Part shown: positions 1 through 9,005 of the stretch, piece after piece | Position numbering within the stretch: the stretch's first letter is position 1 | How the letters are laid out: each line of letters opens with the position of its first letter | Assembly: GCF_000011805.1 (NCBI RefSeq) | Contig: NC_006840.2 | Reading direction: 5' to 3' (one strand) | Origin: Aliivibrio fischeri ES114 | GTDB lineage: Bacteria; Pseudomonadota; Gammaproteobacteria; Enterobacterales; Vibrionaceae | Length of the DNA stretch: 32,000 nt | The notes under the pieces: generated by a model | Seen by the model: only the letters and a program-made list of their open reading frames with translations | Told to the model about the DNA's origin: nothing | Database searches by the model: none | Translations under genes and position numbers: made by a program

Positions 1-195
1 TATTACATTCACCCAGTGAAGATTGTGTTGTCTGGCGAATATTTTGATATTGAAGAGTACCTCTCTCACTTAGAGACACTTCCTGTAAAATATTACTGGC
101 GAAACTTTCATTATGAAGTGAAAAAATACCCTATTGCAGAAGTCACAATCGAAGTTTACACCCTTGGTTCAAGTCGTGGGTTTATTGGTGGTTAA
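1..195 (+). CDS. mshJ: MSHA biogenesis protein MshJ, C-terminal end only (cut by left edge)
   Basis: Open frame from base 1 reads YYIHPVKIVLSGEYFDIEEYLSHLETLPVKYYWRNFHYEVKKYPIAEVTIEVYTLGSSRGFIGG* and stops at 193-195, immediately before mshK. PilO-like character plus the conserved position in the MSHA locus. Confidence 0.8.
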   Translation, partial: YYIHPVKIVLSGEYFDIEEYLSHLETLPVKYYWRNFHYEVKKYPIAEVTIEVYTLGSSRGFIGG

Positions 196-196
196 T

Positions 197-538
197 ATGA
201 AAAATCGCTTTTTAGTTTTTATTCTTATGTCTTTACCACTTTCAGTATCTGCATCTGAAGCGGTATTGGGGCATGATCCAACAGAACCATTAAGTTGGAG
301 TACTCCTGCTCCAGCTCAAAAAAAGGTAATAAAAAAACGTCAATATTTCCCTTCTTTGCAGGCAATAAATTGCAATGCGAAGTCTGATTGTTATGCCGTG
401 TTAGATGATAAATCAATGAAAAGAGGCGATAAAGTCTCAGGTTATACATTATTAACAATTGGTGAAGAAAGCGTTTCGATTGGTCGTGCGGGTAAGCAAT
501 GGCAACTTTCTCTATTTCCACAAAATATTAAAAATTAA
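197..538 (+). CDS. mshK: MSHA biogenesis protein MshK
   Basis: ATG at 197 (MKNRFLVFILMSLPLSVSASEA, signal peptide-like) is in frame with the track ORF that begins at a TTG at 134. Located between mshJ and mshL. Confidence 0.8.
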   Translation: MKNRFLVFILMSLPLSVSASEAVLGHDPTEPLSWSTPAPAQKKVIKKRQYFPSLQAINCNAKSDCYAVLDDKSMKRGDKVSGYTLLTIGEESVSIGRAGKQWQLSLFPQNIKN

Positions 539-549
539 GGTTTGCAGTA

Positions 550-2190
550 ATGAAAGTACGTAATGTCATCATTGGTTTCATGGTTGCCTCTTTAACAGGT
601 TGCTCAATGGGTCATCGTGACCCTGTTGAAATTAAACAGACCTTAGATAAATCCATTAATGAAAATGGGGGGCTGCTACTTGCTGATTTACCCGCTTCAG
701 TACAAGCTGATTTAATGCCTGAGCTAAACACGCCTCATGTTGAAGTTGAAGAGCCTGTGAAACGTTTCAGAGTCAGAGCAAATGGGGTAGGTGCAAAAGC
801 ATTTTTTACGAGTTTAGTGAAAGGAACGGAATACAGTGTCGTTATTCATCCTCAGGTTTCTGGTCGTATTACGATGAACTTGAGTGATGTGACCATGGAT
901 GATGTTCTGTCATCGGTTGAAGACTTATATGGGTACGATATCGTTAAAGCAGGAAAAGTATTACAAGTTTATCCAGCGACGATTCGTACAGAGACTATTC
1001 CTGTTGATTATTTACAGCTTACTCGTAAAGGACGTTCATTAACGACGATTACGACAGGGTCGATTACCAACTCGGACAATAATTCATCAAATAACAATAA
1101 CTCAAGTTCTAAATCAAACAATAATTCATCGTCGTCGTCATCTTCTGCTACCGGTGGAACAGAGATTGAAACAACGAGTGAGAGCGATTTTTGGAAAGAG
1201 TTAGAAACGGCTATTTCTGTGATGATAGGAAATGGAGCGGATCGAAGCGTTGTTGTATCTCCTCAAGCGAGTGTTGTTACTATTACTGCCTCTCCTGATG
1301 AATTACGTAAAGTTAAACAATTTTTAGGAACCTCTCATAAGCGATTACAACGTCAAGTGATCCTAGAGGCTAAATTACTTGAAGTCACATTAAGTGATGG
1401 TTATCAGCAAGGTATTAATTGGTCGAACCTAACAGCATCATTAGGTGGTACAGATGTTGTCTTTGGGCAGACTTCTGGCCTTGTTCAAGGTGCATTACCT
1501 GGAATGGATACCATTGGAACATTGTTAGGTGGGCAAACAAACATTACGGTTTCAGATGGTAACTTCCAAGCTGTATTAAGTTTTATGGATACACAAGGTG
1601 ACTTAAATGTACTTTCAAGCCCGAGAGTGACTGCTGCAAATAACCAAAAAGCGGTGATTAAAGTCGGTCGTGACGAGTACTACGTAACTGAAGTATCAAG
1701 TGTTACTGGTAGTGGTGACAACTCTAATGCTTCTCCAGAAGTAACATTAACGCCTTTCTTCTCAGGTATTTCTTTAGATGTGACACCTCAAATCGATGAT
1801 AAGGGTAATGTTATGTTACATGTTCACCCATCAGTTATTGATGTGGAGAACGAGGTAAAAGAGATTGATTTAGGTGATGTTGGTGGCGTACTGAAATTAC
1901 CATTAGCAAAGAGCTCAATTCGTGAATCAGATTCTGTGATCCGAGCGAAAAGTGGTGATGTGGTCGTTATTGGTGGTTTGATGAAATCACAAACGGTTGA
2001 CCAAGTATCGAAAGTACCATTACTAGGTGATGTTCCTGCATTAGGGCATTTATTTAGAAATGTCAGTCAGCTAACTCAAAAAACGGAATTGGTTATTTTA
2101 TTAAAGCCAACGGTTGTCGGTGTAGATACTTGGCAAGAAGAATTAGAACGTTCTCGTGACTTATTACAAGAATGGTTTCCAGACGAGTAA
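550..2190 (+). CDS. mshL: MSHA secretin MshL (lipoprotein-like signal, GspD/PilQ family)
   Basis: Signal ending LTGCSMG; secretin motifs such as VLSSPRVTAANNQKAVIKVGRDEYYVTEV and SGDVVVIGGLMKSQTVDQVSKVPLLGDVPALGHLFR. Confidence 0.95.
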   Translation: MKVRNVIIGFMVASLTGCSMGHRDPVEIKQTLDKSINENGGLLLADLPASVQADLMPELNTPHVEVEEPVKRFRVRANGVGAKAFFTSLVKGTEYSVVIHPQVSGRITMNLSDVTMDDVLSSVEDLYGYDIVKAGKVLQVYPATIRTETIPVDYLQLTRKGRSLTTITTGSITNSDNNSSNNNNSSSKSNNNSSSSSSSATGGTEIETTSESDFWKELETAISVMIGNGADRSVVVSPQASVVTITASPDELRKVKQFLGTSHKRLQRQVILEAKLLEVTLSDGYQQGINWSNLTASLGGTDVVFGQTSGLVQGALPGMDTIGTLLGGQTNITVSDGNFQAVLSFMDTQGDLNVLSSPRVTAANNQKAVIKVGRDEYYVTEVSSVTGSGDNSNASPEVTLTPFFSGISLDVTPQIDDKGNVMLHVHPSVIDVENEVKEIDLGDVGGVLKLPLAKSSIRESDSVIRAKSGDVVVIGGLMKSQTVDQVSKVPLLGDVPALGHLFRNVSQLTQKTELVILLKPTVVGVDTWQEELERSRDLLQEWFPDE

Positions 2191-2202
2191 TCAAAAACTG
2201 GC

Positions 2203-3051
2203 ATGTATGAAGCTCACTTTGGGTTAAAGCAGTTACCATTTACACTGACACCCAATACCTCACTGTTTCATGGCTTATCGCCTCATTATGAGGCGATTCA
2301 TACCGTGTTGTCTGCGATTTCGATGGGGGAAGGGATCATCAAGGTTACAGGTGAGGTGGGAACCGGAAAAACATTAGTCTGCCGAATGTTGATTAATGAG
2401 TTACCTTCCAATGTGGAATTACTTTACCTTCCGAATCCGGTAATGAATGGTCATGAGCTTCGACAAGCTTTAGCAAAAGAGTTATGGCTTGATCAAAGTG
2501 GTGATGATATTGCATTGATTGATCGTATCCATGAAAAAATTATTGATCTACATGCCGAAGGAAAATTAGTCGTAGTATTCATTGATGAAGCTCAAGCCCT
2601 AAGTGATGAAGCATTAGAAACATTACGTTTGTTTGGCAACTTAGAGACAGACTATAAAAAATTGTTACAGATAGTGCTGTTTGGGCAGCCTGAATTGGAC
2701 GAGAGATTACAACAACATAACTTAAGGCAATTGAGGCAACGAATAACGTTTTCTGCTTTATTGAGAGCATTAAATATGAATGAAACCGTCGCTTACATTC
2801 GATATAGGATAGCTGAGTCTGGATGTGAGAATAATCCATTTTCGCTTGTTCAAATGAAAGCGATATGGAAGGCAACAAATGGTATTCCTCGCTTAATTAA
2901 TCAGGTTTGTCATAAATCTTTGTTAATTGCCTTTTCAGAGCAAGTGAATAACGTGCCTTCAAAAGCCGTGTTTAACGCCATTATTGATACGGCTGATACT
3001 GTTAAACCTAAGCATTACTTCCCAACATTTTGGGGATGGAGAGTTTCGTGA
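2203..3051 (+). CDS. mshM: MSHA biogenesis ATPase MshM (ExeA-like AAA protein)
   Basis: MYEAHFGLKQLPFTLTP N-terminus, Walker A GEVGTGKT, Walker B-like VVFIDEAQAL; position in locus. Confidence 0.93.
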   Translation: MYEAHFGLKQLPFTLTPNTSLFHGLSPHYEAIHTVLSAISMGEGIIKVTGEVGTGKTLVCRMLINELPSNVELLYLPNPVMNGHELRQALAKELWLDQSGDDIALIDRIHEKIIDLHAEGKLVVVFIDEAQALSDEALETLRLFGNLETDYKKLLQIVLFGQPELDERLQQHNLRQLRQRITFSALLRALNMNETVAYIRYRIAESGCENNPFSLVQMKAIWKATNGIPRLINQVCHKSLLIAFSEQVNNVPSKAVFNAIIDTADTVKPKHYFPTFWGWRVS

Positions 3052-4181
3052 GTGTGACTAATAAAGCGTTATTAAATATAACTCGACAAGATGAAAATAA
3101 AGAAAAGCAGCACTCATTATCTCCTGCGGATATACCGAATGTTGAATCAAAATATAAAGCATCGTTTTTCTTTGCTATCGGTGTACTTAGTTCTTTGTCG
3201 CTAATTGGTTGGTCAACATTAAGTGGATCGACAGAGCAAAATGTAGGGTTGAAAGTGAGTGAGCATACTCAACAACAAGCTCTAACGAATGAAGTGAGTG
3301 AACACGCTTCGAGCAATATTAAAACAGCTCAATTATCGATTTCACCAACGAAAAAAGAATCAACATCAGCGGTAAGTTCTATTTATGCTGAGAAGCCATT
3401 ATCGGTGGATAAGATTGAAGTGACAGCTTCGGTTCGTAGTCAGTCTACTCAGTATCATTCTGCAGTGGATAAACCACAATTGATAACATCGACAGAGATT
3501 GCTAAACCAACATCAAAGTCGACATCAATTGTTCCTGCAACGTCAAAAGAGCAAGCACAAGCTAATGAAATGTTGCAAGTTGAAGAAGTTGAATTGTTGC
3601 CATCAGAGCTAGCTCATAGAAGTAGAGATGCTGCTAAAAAAGCATTGGATAGATCTGATTTTAAAGCGGCGATGAAAGAGTATTACACCGTACTTAAGTA
3701 TCAACCTAGTGATGAAGAGTCACGAAAAAGACTCGCAGCTTTGCTTTATGGTAAACGTGATGTAAGTGAAGCAGCGGCCATTCTTCAACAAGGTATAAAG
3801 CTTAATGATGACAGTGTAGATCTAAGGTTAGCGTTGTCGAGTCTATTACAAAAAGAGCAACAGCCAGAAGCAGCTCTTTCTGTATTGGAATATATCCCTG
3901 TTGGTGCGTCAGTTGATTATCTTGCAACCCGTGGTGGCTTAGCTCAACAGTTGAAGTTGATGGACTTAGCAAAAGAAAGTTATCAGATGTTGGTTAACCA
4001 AGAACCAGATAATGGCCGTTGGTGGTTAGGTTTAGCGATCGTTTATGAAAGAGAAGCAAAAGTAAAATCTGCTTATGAGGCATACCAGACAGCATTAATT
4101 AAGCCGGGTTTATCTCGCTCGTCTCAAGCGTTTGTTCGTGATCGCATTAAATTATTAGCAACAATGGAAGGAATTGAGTAA
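3048..4181 (+). CDS. mshN: MSHA biogenesis protein MshN (TPR-containing). GTG at 3048 preferred; the track ORF starts at 3030
   Basis: TPR-like repeats in the C-terminal half (AIKEYYTVLKYQPSDEESRKRLAALLYG-type segments), single TM segment near the N-terminus, between mshM and mshE. GTG overlaps the mshM stop (GTGA). Confidence 0.85.
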   Translation: MSVTNKALLNITRQDENKEKQHSLSPADIPNVESKYKASFFFAIGVLSSLSLIGWSTLSGSTEQNVGLKVSEHTQQQALTNEVSEHASSNIKTAQLSISPTKKESTSAVSSIYAEKPLSVDKIEVTASVRSQSTQYHSAVDKPQLITSTEIAKPTSKSTSIVPATSKEQAQANEMLQVEEVELLPSELAHRSRDAAKKALDRSDFKAAMKEYYTVLKYQPSDEESRKRLAALLYGKRDVSEAAAILQQGIKLNDDSVDLRLALSSLLQKEQQPEAALSVLEYIPVGASVDYLATRGGLAQQLKLMDLAKESYQMLVNQEPDNGRWWLGLAIVYEREAKVKSAYEAYQTALIKPGLSRSSQAFVRDRIKLLATMEGIE

Positions 4182-5905
4182 TGCGTCTTAAGTTAAGAAA
4201 AAGACTTGGTGATCTATTAGTCGAAGAAAACATTGTTACTGAAGAGCAAATCGAACAGGCTCTTTCGACTCAAAAGAAAACAGGGCGAAAGTTAGGGGCA
4301 ACATTAATTCAGTTAGGTTTCCTGAGTGAAAAACAAATGTTGACGTTTTTATCTCAGCAGTTGGGTGTCCCTTTAGTTGATTTGAACCGTGCTGAAATTG
4401 ATGCAGCAGCCGTGCAATTGTTGCCTGAAGTACATGCTCGTCGCTTACGTGCATTAGTTCTTAGTCAGCAAGGTAATACGATTCGAGTAGCAATGAGTGA
4501 TCCTGCTGATCTGTCTGCTCAAGAAGCGTTGTTTTCACAGCTTCAGCAATATCAGGTAGAAATGGTTATTGCTTCTGAAAGACAGCTCGTTGATAGCTTT
4601 GACCGTTTCTATCGTAGAACCAAAGAAATCGCTTCATTTGCAGAAAAATTGCATTCAGAGCATCAAGTTAACGACGATTTTAATTTTGGTATATCAGATA
4701 ACGATAATGAAGAAGTTACCGTTGTTAAGCTGATTAACTCATTATTCGAAGATGCGATTCAAGTTGGTGCTTCAGATATACATATTGAACCGGATGAAAG
4801 AGTCCTGCGTTTACGTCAACGTATTGATGGGGTATTACACGAAACATTATTAAATGAAGTTAATATCGCTTCAGCACTGGTTTTACGTTTAAAACTGATG
4901 GCGAATTTGGATATTTCTGAAAAACGTTTGCCACAAGATGGACGATTTAACATTAAATCTCGTGGTCAATCTGTAGATATTCGTTTATCGACAATGCCTG
5001 TTCAATATGGTGAATCGGTTGTTATGCGTTTATTGAATCAGACATCTGGCGTTCAAGAACTAGAACAATCTGGATTACCTGAGCATTTACTTACTCGTCT
5101 GCGTAAACAACTCCGTCGTCCACATGGCATGATCTTAGTTACGGGGCCTACAGGTTCTGGTAAAACGACAACATTGTATGGTGCTTTAAGTGAATTAAAT
5201 CAGCCAAGCAAGAAAATCATTACAGCAGAAGACCCGGTTGAATACCGTTTACCTCGTGTTAATCAGGTACAAGTAAATAGCAAAATTGATTTAAGCTTTT
5301 CAAAAATTTTAAGAACATTCTTGCGTCAAGACCCGGATATTATCCTTATTGGTGAGATGCGTGATCAAGAAACCGTGGAAATTGGTTTACGTGCCGCTCT
5401 AACGGGTCACTTAGTGTTATCTACATTACATACGAATGACTCGGTTGATAGTGCATTACGTATGATGGATATGGGAGCGCCAGGTTATCTGGTTGCTAGT
5501 GCAGTTCGTGCGGTATTAGCGCAGCGTCTAGTTAAAAAAGTGTGTCCAGAGTGCTCTGCTCCTGATGAGTTAGATGAAGCGAGAAAGCAGTGGGTACAAA
5601 GCCGTTTTCCAAATCAAGTTGGAGTAACTTTCCAACGAGGAAATGGATGTCAAAGTTGTAATTTGACAGGCTACCGTGGCCGTATTGGTGTGTTTGAATT
5701 ACTTGAATTAGATCAGCCAATGATGGATGCATTAAGAGCAAATGATGCGGTTGGTTTTTCACAAAAGGCACGTCAAAACCCTGATTATAAGCCATTGCTT
5801 GCTTCTGCAATGGAGCTTGCGATGAGTGGTGTGATTAGCTTGGATGAAGTGATGGTATTAGGTGAAGGAGATAATGCATCTTCTCATCAACCAATATTGA
5901 TGTAG
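4181..5905 (+). CDS. mshE: MSHA pilus extension ATPase MshE (GspE/PilB family)
   Basis: Walker A GPTGSGKTTTLYGAL, Asp/His boxes (ITAEDPVEYRLPRVNQVQVN, LRQDPDIILIGEMRDQETVEIGLRAALTGHLVLSTLHTNDS), zinc-binding CPEC...CQSC; N-terminal MshEN-like domain. Confidence 0.97.
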   Translation: MRLKLRKRLGDLLVEENIVTEEQIEQALSTQKKTGRKLGATLIQLGFLSEKQMLTFLSQQLGVPLVDLNRAEIDAAAVQLLPEVHARRLRALVLSQQGNTIRVAMSDPADLSAQEALFSQLQQYQVEMVIASERQLVDSFDRFYRRTKEIASFAEKLHSEHQVNDDFNFGISDNDNEEVTVVKLINSLFEDAIQVGASDIHIEPDERVLRLRQRIDGVLHETLLNEVNIASALVLRLKLMANLDISEKRLPQDGRFNIKSRGQSVDIRLSTMPVQYGESVVMRLLNQTSGVQELEQSGLPEHLLTRLRKQLRRPHGMILVTGPTGSGKTTTLYGALSELNQPSKKIITAEDPVEYRLPRVNQVQVNSKIDLSFSKILRTFLRQDPDIILIGEMRDQETVEIGLRAALTGHLVLSTLHTNDSVDSALRMMDMGAPGYLVASAVRAVLAQRLVKKVCPECSAPDELDEARKQWVQSRFPNQVGVTFQRGNGCQSCNLTGYRGRIGVFELLELDQPMMDALRANDAVGFSQKARQNPDYKPLLASAMELAMSGVISLDEVMVLGEGDNASSHQPILM

Positions 5906-5914
5906 GCATAAATC

Positions 5915-7141
5915 ATGGCAATTTTTAAATACAGTGGAAGAAACCTTCGAGGTGAGTCAGTTTCTGGTTCAATTGAAGCGACATCTCAAGAATCTGCTGC
6001 TGAACAGTTGATGAATGATGGAGTGATTCCTACTGGAATAAAAGCCAATAAATTTGGTGGAACATCTCGCTCCATGGACTGGAAAAAATGGTTGCAGCCA
6101 AGCATTCCTTTAGAGGTTTTGGTTATTTTTTGTCGTCAAATGTACAGCTTAACTAAAGCGGGTGTGCCTTTACTGCGAGCAATGAATGGCTTAGCTCAGA
6201 ACAGTAATAACAAATTATTAAAAACAACATTGGAAGAGGTGACTGCTGATTTAACTAACGGGCGAAGTTTGTCTGTATCTATGCAGCAACACCCACAAGT
6301 GTTTAGCTCTTTGTTTGTTTCAATGATCCATGTTGGTGAGAATACCGGTCGATTGGATCAATCTCTCATGCAATTGGCTAATTACTACGAACAAGAGATG
6401 GAGACCCGTAAGCGAATTAAGTCAGCAATGCGTTATCCCGTATTTGTTTTAACTTTTATTTTGCTTGCGATGTTTGTACTAAATATCAAAGTGATCCCTC
6501 AGTTTGCAGGGATGTTTGCTCGTTTTGGTGTGGAATTACCATTGCCAACTCGAATACTTATCGCAACATCGAGTTTCTTTGTTAATTATTGGCATTTATT
6601 AATTGGCGCAATGACTGGCGCGATGTTTGCTTTTCAAGCTTGGATTAGCCGAGCTGAAGGCCGAGAAAAATGGGATAAATTTCGATTACGTTTACCGATT
6701 GTTGGTGGAATTGTCACTCGAGCTCAAATGTCTCGTTTCTCAAGAACATTTGCATTGATGTTGAAGTCGGGGGTTCCATTAAATCAATCCCTTGCACTAT
6801 CAGCAGAGTCTCTAGGGAATAAATATTTAGAGAACCGATTACTAGAAATGAAAGCTGGCATTGAATCGGGTACCAGTATGTCTGCGACAGCGGCACAAAG
6901 TGGAATCTTTACTCCTTTGGTACAACAGATGATTGCGGTTGGCGAAGAGACGGGTCAAATAGACGATTTACTATTGGAAGTCTCTGATTTTTATGATCGT
7001 GAAGTGGATTATGATTTGAAGACGTTAACTGCACGAATTGAACCTATTCTATTGGTCATTGTGTCGGGGATGGTATTGATTTTAGCATTAGGTATTTTCT
7101 TACCGATGTGGAATATGTTGGATGTAGTAAAGGGAACCTAA
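5915..7141 (+). CDS. mshG: MSHA inner-membrane platform protein MshG (GspF/PilC family)
   Basis: GspF-family sequence: FCRQMYSLTKAGVPLLRAM, VGENTGRLDQSL, GVPLNQSLALSAE, VGEETGQIDDLLLEVSDFYDREVDYDLKTLTARIEPILLVIV. Confidence 0.96.
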   Translation: MAIFKYSGRNLRGESVSGSIEATSQESAAEQLMNDGVIPTGIKANKFGGTSRSMDWKKWLQPSIPLEVLVIFCRQMYSLTKAGVPLLRAMNGLAQNSNNKLLKTTLEEVTADLTNGRSLSVSMQQHPQVFSSLFVSMIHVGENTGRLDQSLMQLANYYEQEMETRKRIKSAMRYPVFVLTFILLAMFVLNIKVIPQFAGMFARFGVELPLPTRILIATSSFFVNYWHLLIGAMTGAMFAFQAWISRAEGREKWDKFRLRLPIVGGIVTRAQMSRFSRTFALMLKSGVPLNQSLALSAESLGNKYLENRLLEMKAGIESGTSMSATAAQSGIFTPLVQQMIAVGEETGQIDDLLLEVSDFYDREVDYDLKTLTARIEPILLVIVSGMVLILALGIFLPMWNMLDVVKGT

Positions 7142-7143
7142 TT

Positions 7144-7599
7144 ATGTCAGCAACCCGGATTTTATGGGGCGCGCTTGTCATTATTTTATTGGCTGTGATT
7201 TTTATTAATTGGGAAAAAATCGAACCCGAAGTAGAAGATACAGCAGTCATTATGACAAGTAGAGAGATACTCTCTTCGGCAAATGAGTTTAAAAATTATT
7301 GGGTTGTTAATGGGCAACCTAAGACAATGGTAAAAGATGATATAGAAGTCAGTTTCAGCTCTTTAGGGTGGCCGATAGCACTTAAAGAAAATGATGAGAT
7401 TGACTGTCTGCAATGGTTACATCTTTTGTTACCCAATAAAGATAAAATTTATGCGGACAGCATCGAAATTAAAAAGCCGGAATTAGCAAAAAAAGAGCAG
7501 TATCGTTGTGACTATAGTACGGCAAATGGTAAGGTGGTTTCGGTAATGTTAGTAAAAGATGCATTAAAAGTAAGTGTCGGATTTATAGAAAAAAAATAA
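7144..7599 (+). CDS. mshF: MSHA biogenesis protein MshF
   Basis: ATG at 7144 (MSATRILWGALVIILLAVIFINWEKIEPEVE) fits better than the track start at 7108, which lies inside mshG. Position after mshG. Confidence 0.75.
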   Translation: MSATRILWGALVIILLAVIFINWEKIEPEVEDTAVIMTSREILSSANEFKNYWVVNGQPKTMVKDDIEVSFSSLGWPIALKENDEIDCLQWLHLLLPNKDKIYADSIEIKKPELAKKEQYRCDYSTANGKVVSVMLVKDALKVSVGFIEKK

Positions 7600-7610
7600 G
7601 TGGCAAATTT

Positions 7611-7641
7611 TTGACGAACGCCGTATTTTTTTTTGTATAAT
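7611..7641 (+). promoter_or_regulatory. Candidate sigma70 promoter for the mshB-Q (pilin) operon
   Basis: TTGACG (7611-7616), 19-nt spacer, TATAAT (7636-7641), in the only mshF-mshB gap, upstream of AGAGAGAAG and the mshB ATG. Confidence 0.55.
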
Positions 7642-7685
7642 CCCTTACAATTCATGGAAAAATTAAGATAGAGAGAAGCAGTACA

Positions 7686-8249
7686 ATGAAGACACAAAAA
7701 GGTTTCTCACTGGTTGAGCTAGTGATTGTAATTGTTGTAATTGGTCTATTAGCTACAGTGGCATTACCTCGTTTTTTAGATGTCAGTCTTGAGGCGAAAA
7801 AAGCAAGTATTGAAGGTGTCGCAGGTGGCTATGCCACGGCTGTTCTTTCTGCAAGAGCACAATGGGAAGCGGAAGCTCGACCAAAAACCGACGGTTACAA
7901 TGCGGTTAGCTATGATGGTACTGAATTTTGGCTAACGGATCCTTCTCAAGCAAATCAAGCAAACTACCGTCCAGGTTATCCAATTGCACCACGAGAAGAT
8001 TTAGATGGTAATGATACGGGGAGCTACCCAGCATCACTAACATCAAAAGAGTGTATTTTACTGATGGAAATGCTGTTACAGAATGCACCGCATGTGACTG
8101 ACGATAAAAATGATAATGAAGGTAAATATCTTGCTGAAGTGATCAGTGAGAATGGCCGTAGTCAATGTAAATACACACAACAAGAAAATGAAGGTCACTT
8201 TTTTACTTACGAGCCTGAATCAGGTCGTGTTGTTGTGACATTACAATAA
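7686..8249 (+). CDS. mshB: MSHA pilin protein MshB (type IV prepilin-like)
   Basis: Prepilin leader MKTQKG|FSLVELVIVIVVIGLLATVALPRFLDV; position before mshA. Confidence 0.93.
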   Translation: MKTQKGFSLVELVIVIVVIGLLATVALPRFLDVSLEAKKASIEGVAGGYATAVLSARAQWEAEARPKTDGYNAVSYDGTEFWLTDPSQANQANYRPGYPIAPREDLDGNDTGSYPASLTSKECILLMEMLLQNAPHVTDDKNDNEGKYLAEVISENGRSQCKYTQQENEGHFFTYEPESGRVVVTLQ

Positions 8250-8392
8250 GTAATTTAAGCGCCAGTAGATGAGCTAGGATAGCGATGTGCGGGTGAATAA
8301 ATCTGTTTTAACTGATGGCGTTTTGACAGTTTGCGTTAATAATTTTTTGGGTTTTAACAATAATGATGGCACTGGTTTGGTGCTATCGATTT

Positions 8393-8398
8393 TATAAT
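8393..8398 (+). promoter_or_regulatory. Candidate -10 element upstream of mshA (no clear -35)
   Basis: Perfect TATAAT in the 165-bp mshB-mshA gap, 17 nt before the mshA ATG. No good TTGACA match at 16-18 nt upstream. Confidence 0.3.
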
Positions 8399-8414
8399 AA
8401 AAGAGAGAAGTAAC

Positions 8415-8879
8415 ATGAAAAGACAAGGTGGTTTCACCCTTATCGAGTTAGTGGTTGTTATCGTGATTTTAGGTATTCTTGCAGTAACTGCAGCACCTAA
8501 ATTCTTAAACCTGCAATCTGATGCGCGTGCATCATCTCTGCAAGGTCTAAAAGGTGCAATGGCTGGTGCAGCTGGTATCGTTTATGGTAAAGCCGCGATT
8601 GATGGTAAAGAAACAGCTTCAACAGAAACTGATGTTGATGGTATTGCTACAAAATACGGTTATCCAATGGCTAAAGATACAGGTATTGCTGAAGCGGTAG
8701 TTGGTCTATCTGAAGACTGGAGCAGTGCTACATCAGGTGCTACAATTTTAGTTGTTGGCTTTAAATCAGATAACGCAACTGCAGCATCAATTGTTGCAAC
8801 TAACTGTTTTGTTACATACGGAGAAGCAACAACTGTATCTTCTGGCGTATCAACAATCGTTACTGATACTGGTTGTTAA
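8415..8879 (+). CDS. mshA: MSHA major pilin subunit MshA
   Basis: Leader MKRQGG|[49 protein letters not shown]-terminal Cys pair (NCFVTYGE...TGC), strong SD (AGAGAGAAG). Confidence 0.96.
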   Translation: MKRQGGFTLIELVVVIVILGILAVTAAPKFLNLQSDARASSLQGLKGAMAGAAGIVYGKAAIDGKETASTETDVDGIATKYGYPMAKDTGIAEAVVGLSEDWSSATSGATILVVGFKSDNATAASIVATNCFVTYGEATTVSSGVSTIVTDTGC

Positions 8880-8900
8880 TCTAATTCAACCTCTTTAGTT

Positions 8901-8929
8901 AAAAACCAGCGATCTCCGCTGGTTTTTTT
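8901..8929 (+). terminator. Rho-independent terminator-like hairpin between mshA and mshC
   Basis: AAAAACCAGCG-ATCTC-CGCTGGTTTTTTT: GC-rich stem followed by a 7-T tract, 22 nt after the mshA stop. Confidence 0.85.
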
Positions 8930-9005
8930 GTATCTAAAAATAACAAACCATTCGCTATATCTATAATTTCCGTTATCCTAGTAACAGGAGATTATAAGGT
9001 AACGG

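Noticed and set aside
7108-7143. Upstream extension of mshF into mshG
   Set aside because: The in-frame ATG at 7144 gives a normal N-terminal TM protein; the extension is mshG coding sequence in another frame.
8368-8385. TGGCAC...GGTGC upstream of mshA as a sigma-54 promoter
   Set aside because: The GG-to-GC spacing does not match the -24/-12 architecture; the correctly spaced -12 half reads TGGT rather than TTGC.
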